Below are positions 60,022 to 64,000 of a stretch of 64,000 nt of DNA, one piece after another. Within the stretch, counting starts at the first letter, position 1. Every line of letters begins with the position of its first letter. The notes under the pieces are model-generated. The model searched no databases, was not told the origin of the DNA, and was given only the letters and a program-made list of their open reading frames with translations. This stretch comes from Longimicrobiales bacterium (lineage in GTDB: Bacteria; Gemmatimonadota; Gemmatimonadetes; Longimicrobiales; Gaopeijiaceae): contig CBDFMQ010000001.1 of assembly GCA_965249725.1 (NCBI GenBank), positions 32,001-96,000 on the forward strand, given 5' to 3'. The translations under genes and the position numbers were made by a program.

Positions 60022-60282
60022 CTAACTCTCCGTCACGGCGATCCGGCTGCCCTCACCCGCCGTCCACACCCAGATCCCGTCTCTTCCCACGGTCAGCTTC
60101 CACGTGTCGGTCGGCGGGATAATGTGACCGCCGTCGGTTGCAGGTGGCGCGCTGGCCGCCTCGGCCAGGTATACGCTGCTGGACCCGATCGCTTGGATTA
60201 GGTAGGTGGACCCGGACGACAGGGACAGGTCGCTCACGATGTTCGCCGGGGTGTCGGTGATACTCTTGATCTGCGTAGCCAC
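60022..60282 (-). CDS. Small beta-rich hypothetical protein
   Basis: GAGGAGG RBS; precedes the FN3 gene. Confidence 0.6.
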   Translation of the reverse strand: MATQIKSITDTPANIVSDLSLSSGSTYLIQAIGSSSVYLAEAASAPPATDGGHIIPPTDTWKLTVGRDGIWVWTAGEGSRIAVTES

Positions 60283-60320
60283 GGGCTATATGCCTCCTCT
60301 TTCGATTCTTCGAGTTTCGG

Positions 60321-60395
60321 TCACGCCACTTCCCTCACGAGGTTGCGCAGCCATTCGGCGGCATACGGCTCGATCTCGTTGTAGTAGGCTCTCAC
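60321..60395 (-). pseudogene. 24-aa N-terminal stub of a phage C5 cytosine methyltransferase
   Basis: MRAYYNEIEPYAAEWLRNLVREVA*; recalled family start AYYNE.DP.AA.WLRNL. Confidence 0.75.
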
Positions 60396-60411
60396 GTGCT
60401 TTCATGTCCAC

Positions 60412-61230
60412 TCACGCCACGCTTCTCCGGTCATGCCCTTCGACCGTGACGTGCCGGAAGTTCTGAGGGCCCAATCGTGAGGCGAGCCGCTGCCAGCCCT
60501 CAGAAGTGCCGAAGCGCTGAACAAGCCCTTCCGGTGTGTGGTTGCTCGTGATCACGGTCGGATGCCCTTCCCGCGCGTTGACCAGGTCGACCAAGATGCG
60601 GAGCGCGTCGGGCGTCGCCTTCTCTCGGCCGAGGTCGTCGATGACGAGAAGGTGAGCTCGTTCCCTCCGTTCGAGGATCGCTGACGTGCCGCCGGTGCCG
60701 TACGTGTCCTGGATCATCGTGATGAGTCGGTCCGCCCGATCGAAGATCACACGCTTAGCGTCAACTTTTTGATCTAAGAGCACGGCCCGCACGATCGCGG
60801 CGGCGACGTGTGTCTTGCCGGATCCCAACGGACCCATGAGAAGCAACCCGAGCACTGCACCCCATCGTCCAGCTCTCAGCGTCTCGTCGACGAACTGGCC
60901 TGCGGCTTCGAGCGGTTGCGGACCGCAGTCGGTCGCGTCGAAATGCTCGCCCCGGGTCTTGCCCTCGATGAGCAGACAGCGGCCGTGTTTGCGGACGTTC
61001 ACGCCAGCGGCGTTGAGAAGCGGTAGGATCTGCTCTTTGCGGGTTGGCCCAATGGGCGACTGGGGCAGCGCGGTGCCCTCTTTCGCGACGCACTCCCCAC
61101 ACGTCTTCGTTGCGTATGGCGCGGCCCTCCCGTCGATCACCATGCGCTTGCGGGTGAACGACTTATCGCAGTCGAGGCAGGTCGCTTCCTCCTCCACGAA
61201 GTCAACGGAGGTCTTAGAGGAACGATCCAC
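60412..61230 (-). CDS. DnaC/IstB-like AAA+ helicase loader with Zn motifs
   Basis: CxxC x2, GPLGSGKTH, LVIDDLG.E, TVITSN; start may be 61305. Confidence 0.88.
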   Translation of the reverse strand: MDRSSKTSVDFVEEEATCLDCDKSFTRKRMVIDGRAAPYATKTCGECVAKEGTALPQSPIGPTRKEQILPLLNAAGVNVRKHGRCLLIEGKTRGEHFDATDCGPQPLEAAGQFVDETLRAGRWGAVLGLLLMGPLGSGKTHVAAAIVRAVLLDQKVDAKRVIFDRADRLITMIQDTYGTGGTSAILERRERAHLLVIDDLGREKATPDALRILVDLVNAREGHPTVITSNHTPEGLVQRFGTSEGWQRLASRLGPQNFRHVTVEGHDRRSVA

Positions 61231-62086
61231 GCGCTCGGCCCGACGTTGTCGCCTGGTCTCTTGTTGCTCCTGCCTCTCGCTTTCGCTCTGCGTCTCGTTT
61301 GGCATCGGTTATTGATCTCACCTTGTAGCGGATTTTCGATTGGAGGTTTGCAATATCCCCGGGTGGGCCAGGGAAGTATCTCCCGATCTCGTCGCTCTGC
61401 CGAAGCTCGTTGAGGCATCCGGCGATGATCTTGCCCCTGCCTTCGCGGATATGGCTTCCGTCTCTAGCCATCCATAGTCGCTCATCTGATTCCTCGGCGA
61501 TTCCGGCGACGGTATGCACGTAAGCGAGATGCTTTCCGGGGTCGACTTTCTCGGTGACATAATCGATCAACGGCTTGCGCGTATCGACCAGAGATTCTCT
61601 CTCCGAGATGAACTCGCGCGCACGCGCGTCTAGAGGAGGAGGTGGTGGAGGTTTAGAGGTGGTGGAGGTAGGGGCTGTATGGTCCGCACCTGTGCCGGGT
61701 AGAGGGCCCGTATGGTCCGCAAATTCACTTTGCTGGTCCGCACCTGTGCGGTGTAAACCTTTAGACCGCATCTCTGCGGTGTATAATTCGGCCTTTAGTC
61801 CGCAAATATCCGGTGTAGAACGGCTCCCACACCACTCGAAGACTGGTGAGCCACGTCCTCCTGGACTCTTTGTCACGTAACCGTGGACCTCGAGGAGGCG
61901 GACGTGACGGGCAATCGTGTCACCACTCGGAGCGCCGTGGAGGATGCCGGCGAACTCGTCGTAGGGGATGGCTACGGGCTCCTCTTGGGAAGCCGTCGCT
62001 GCAACATGGACACCGATGATACGGGCCGTGTCGGTGAGGCGCGCATCGTAAAGGAGCTCCGCCAAGGTGGGCTGGGCTTCGGTCAA
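61214..62086 (-). CDS. Phage replication initiator (HTH)
   Basis: TTG start overlapping the upstream stop; HTH; internal iterons; upstream of dnaC. Confidence 0.7.
   Translation of the reverse strand: MTEAQPTLAELLYDARLTDTARIIGVHVAATASQEEPVAIPYDEFAGILHGAPSGDTIARHVRLLEVHGYVTKSPGGRGSPVFEWCGSRSTPDICGLKAELYTAEMRSKGLHRTGADQQSEFADHTGPLPGTGADHTAPTSTTSKPPPPPPLDARAREFISERESLVDTRKPLIDYVTEKVDPGKHLAYVHTVAGIAEESDERLWMARDGSHIREGRGKIIAGCLNELRQSDEIGRYFPGPPGDIANLQSKIRYKVRSITDAKRDAERKREAGATRDQATTSGRARGSFL
61678..61817. repeat. Iteron-like CCGCA-N4-TGCGG repeats, probable phage origin
   Basis: CCGCA at 61684, 61717, 61738, 61766, 61800. Confidence 0.7.
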
Positions 62087-62172
62087 GGAGCCCCCCTTTT
62101 GCAGCCTTCTGAGACCACAGAACAGCCCACAGTCGGGTTCCACGTCGCGTCGGTCCACTCAATCCTGCTCAC
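62083..62172 (-). pseudogene. 29-aa N-terminal stub of a Gp37/Gp68 (DUF5131) radical-SAM-like protein
   Basis: [37 protein letters not shown]. Confidence 0.8.
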
Positions 62173-62201
62173 GAAACCCTCCGAAAACCTCAAGAAAACA
62201 C

Positions 62202-62230
62202 TTGACTCCATAGGGCATATGCCCTATACT
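62202..62230 (+). promoter_or_regulatory. Strong sigma70 promoter with perfect 18-bp palindromic operator
   Basis: TTGACT-17-TATACT; ATAGGGCATATGCCCTAT at 62210-62227. Confidence 0.85.
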
Positions 62231-62278
62231 CAATGAGTGGCCAGGGCAAGCCAGCCCGACCCGAGAAGGAGAAGGGAC

Positions 62279-62557
62279 ATGACCTTTCGGATCTTCATCG
62301 CGAACGCTTCCCCTCAGAGGATCGCCGAGATCGGCCAGGGCCTGGACATGAAAGGCACGGTGTTCGGTGAGGCCATCGGCTTCGGCTCCTGGGGTATCGA
62401 GCCCACGGTCGTCACCGAGATGACCGACCAGACTCACAGCCGGATTCGGCTCCTCGTGGACGCGATCCTCGCCGAGTACCCCGACGAAGAAGCCGTCCAC
62501 GTGATCGCCGGTCGGAGGAAAGGCAAGGACTGGTACCGGGATGGGCGGGTCATTTGA
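62279..62557 (+). CDS. Putative SAM lyase-like (ferredoxin/PII-fold) protein
   Basis: AAGGAG RBS; G.F...G.E.TVV.E...EY..EEAV.V pattern resembling T3 SAMase. Confidence 0.5.
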   Translation: MTFRIFIANASPQRIAEIGQGLDMKGTVFGEAIGFGSWGIEPTVVTEMTDQTHSRIRLLVDAILAEYPDEEAVHVIAGRRKGKDWYRDGRVI

Positions 62558-62623
62558 CCCGCACCCACCCGGGTGGCGTGCGGCGATGACCACAACAACT
62601 ACCTTAGACAGGAAGGCAGACCA

Positions 62624-62836
62624 ATGACGGAGGCTACGATGGACGTGATCGGGAAAGAGGCTCTGGCGGTAGTGATCGAGGCGATCGCCATCGGCGGCAG
62701 GAACGCGGAGGAGGCGGCCGAGAAACTCTGGCCTGCCTTCAAGGGAGCCGTGGCGGGAGCGCTGGAGGAGCTCGACGACGATCAGGCCGAGGGCATTGCG
62801 AACTGGCGCGAAGAGCGCCACGCCGACAAGGGATGA
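62624..62836 (+). CDS. Small acidic helical protein, anti-defence candidate
   Basis: AGGAAGG RBS; 70 aa, 16 D/E vs 7 K/R. Confidence 0.6.
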   Translation: MTEATMDVIGKEALAVVIEAIAIGGRNAEEAAEKLWPAFKGAVAGALEELDDDQAEGIANWREERHADKG

Positions 62837-63042
62837 GCACCAGCCAGAAGACCCACGCCGAACAAATGGACTTGCTCCGCGTGAGGATCGCCCAGTCGGA
62901 ACTCTCGGCTCGGCGGTTCGCGGTGGACGTGCTCCATCGAGACGAGCGGACGATGAGACGCTGGCTCTCTGGAGAGTCGCCGATCCCAGCCGTTGTGCTC
63001 GACTGGCTCGAGTATCCCGAGAAAGCGCCCTGGCCGTTGTAG
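62833..63042 (+). CDS. Small XRE-type HTH regulator, Aca-like
   Basis: LSARRFA..VL.RDERTMRRWLSGESPIP; last gene, ATGA-coupled. Confidence 0.75.
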   Translation: MSTSQKTHAEQMDLLRVRIAQSELSARRFAVDVLHRDERTMRRWLSGESPIPAVVLDWLEYPEKAPWPL

Positions 63043-63078
63043 TTCTCCGGCCCGTGACCACCTCTCTACCTGGGAACA

Positions 63079-63306
63079 TCACTTCCGCAGTCTCATTCCG
63101 GGCCCCTCGGGCTCCTGCCACTCGCCACTCTCCAGCAGCTCCAGCGCCCGCCCCGCGATCGCCTCGAAATGCCCTGCACGGTGCCCGAGATCCCGCATCG
63201 TCTCTAGCCGCTCCATCAGTTTGTCATACGTCCCGTGCGGACAGCCCGTCAGCGTCTGCCGCGCTATACGCTCCAGCTCGCGTGGCACCAAGGCCGGTTG
63301 CCTCAT
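63079..63306 (-). CDS. Hypothetical phage protein
   Basis: Abuts the upstream ORF. Confidence 0.5.
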   Translation of the reverse strand: MRQPALVPRELERIARQTLTGCPHGTYDKLMERLETMRDLGHRAGHFEAIAGRALELLESGEWQEPEGPGMRLRK

Positions 63307-63816
63307 TCACTCGCTCCCCTTCGGCAGCAACCGCAGCGCACCGCTTCCCGGCTGCAGCGACATCCGACGTGCCACCAGCTCGGCCATCGTGACCACCTCG
63401 TCGGATCCATCGTCCCACACTTCCACGTTCGCCATGAACGCGCCCGCGATGTCGAACAGGCCCGTCTCTACCGCGAGCAGTGCCTGCTCCACGAAGTCCC
63501 TCAGCTGACGCCACGCGATCCGGTACGCCAGTTCCTCCTCAACCCATTTCTTGCACTCATGCTGGTGGCGGTTCATGCGATGATTCCAGGGCTTCTTCTC
63601 TTGGATGATCTCGGCCACTCTCTCCACTCGCGCTTCAAGGCGGACGGGGACCTGGCCCTGTGGCGTCTCGATCGCAAACCGGACACCCCGCAGGCCGTGA
63701 TCTCCCCATATCATCTCGAAGCGGGTCCCTCCATACGCTCTGACGAGCTGCATGATCTCCGCCGCGCTCTGCTCGGGCTCGACCGTGGTGGATTCGTACT
63801 TGATCGCCTGGCTCAT
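63307..63816 (-). CDS. Phage hypothetical protein
   Basis: Y..TTV....S..EI..L...YG; R.AWR.L.D.V. Confidence 0.65.
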   Translation of the reverse strand: MSQAIKYESTTVEPEQSAAEIMQLVRAYGGTRFEMIWGDHGLRGVRFAIETPQGQVPVRLEARVERVAEIIQEKKPWNHRMNRHQHECKKWVEEELAYRIAWRQLRDFVEQALLAVETGLFDIAGAFMANVEVWDDGSDEVVTMAELVARRMSLQPGSGALRLLPKGSE

Positions 63817-63887
63817 GCGGACACCCCCGCGTCGGTGGGGAGCGGCAAACGATCGAGGGCGTCGCCCTGGCGGACCTCCCAGCTCAT
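63813..63887 (-). pseudogene. 24-aa N-terminal stub of an N4/N6 DNA methyltransferase
   Basis: MSWEVRQGDALDRLPLPTDAGVSA*; GGAGG RBS, ATGA overlaps at both ends. Confidence 0.6.
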
Positions 63888-64000
63888 CCGCCCTCCCCCG
63901 CGCTCGCCACCGACGCCTTCGGTTCGTACCCTAGAGCGTCCATCGTCGAGCTCTGCAACGCTCTGTAGTGCGCCAATTGCGCTTCCAACGAATCGAGGGT
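63884..64000 (-). CDS. 3' end of a hypothetical phage gene (partial)
   Basis: Open frame from the window edge to TGA at 63884. Confidence 0.4.
   Translation of the reverse strand, partial: TLDSLEAQLAHYRALQSSTMDALGYEPKASVASAGEGG

Larger units (their letters stand above)
23351..64000. mobile_element. Contractile-tailed temperate prophage; right end lies outside the window
   Basis: Integrase, repressor, recombination, head, tail, lysis and replication modules. Confidence 0.95.

Overview
High-GC bacterial DNA in three blocks; the host lineage cannot be fixed from the sequence alone. (1) 1-~6150 is the tail of a conjugative/ICE module: VirB6-like end, VirB8/TrbF, a conserved hypothetical, a VirD4-like coupling ATPase, VirB11, a very acidic mini-protein and an ArdC cut off abruptly. 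(2) ~6250-23350 holds chromosomal genes: penicillin acylase, YjbQ, CopZ, Ser/Thr kinase, DUF411, mtnA plus a class II aldolase, an APH-M23-aminotransferase fusion, and a TetR-TolC-HlyD-ABC efflux operon carrying three lesions. (3) ~23350 to the window end is a contractile-tailed prophage with integrase, RecE/RecT-like genes, beta-clamp, cro/cI, TA modules, a full head and tail set, an inverted lysis cassette, and Rep with iterons plus DnaC. The strongest novelty candidate lies in the replication region. A counter-oriented operon (62202-63042) has a near-consensus sigma70 promoter with a perfect 18-bp palindrome inside it. It encodes a SAM-lyase-like protein, a small acidic protein and an Aca-like HTH. 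Around it, three SAM-dependent phage genes (C5 methyltransferase, Gp37/Gp68 radical SAM, N4/N6 methyltransferase) are each reduced to a 24-29 codon, translationally coupled N-terminal stub. Also notable: a beta-propeller inserted in the tail sheath, an Ig domain on baseplate J, a free FN3 protein, a P2-like -1 frameshift in the tail chaperone, and an att site that splits the early operon. All family calls come from reading motifs, not from database searches.
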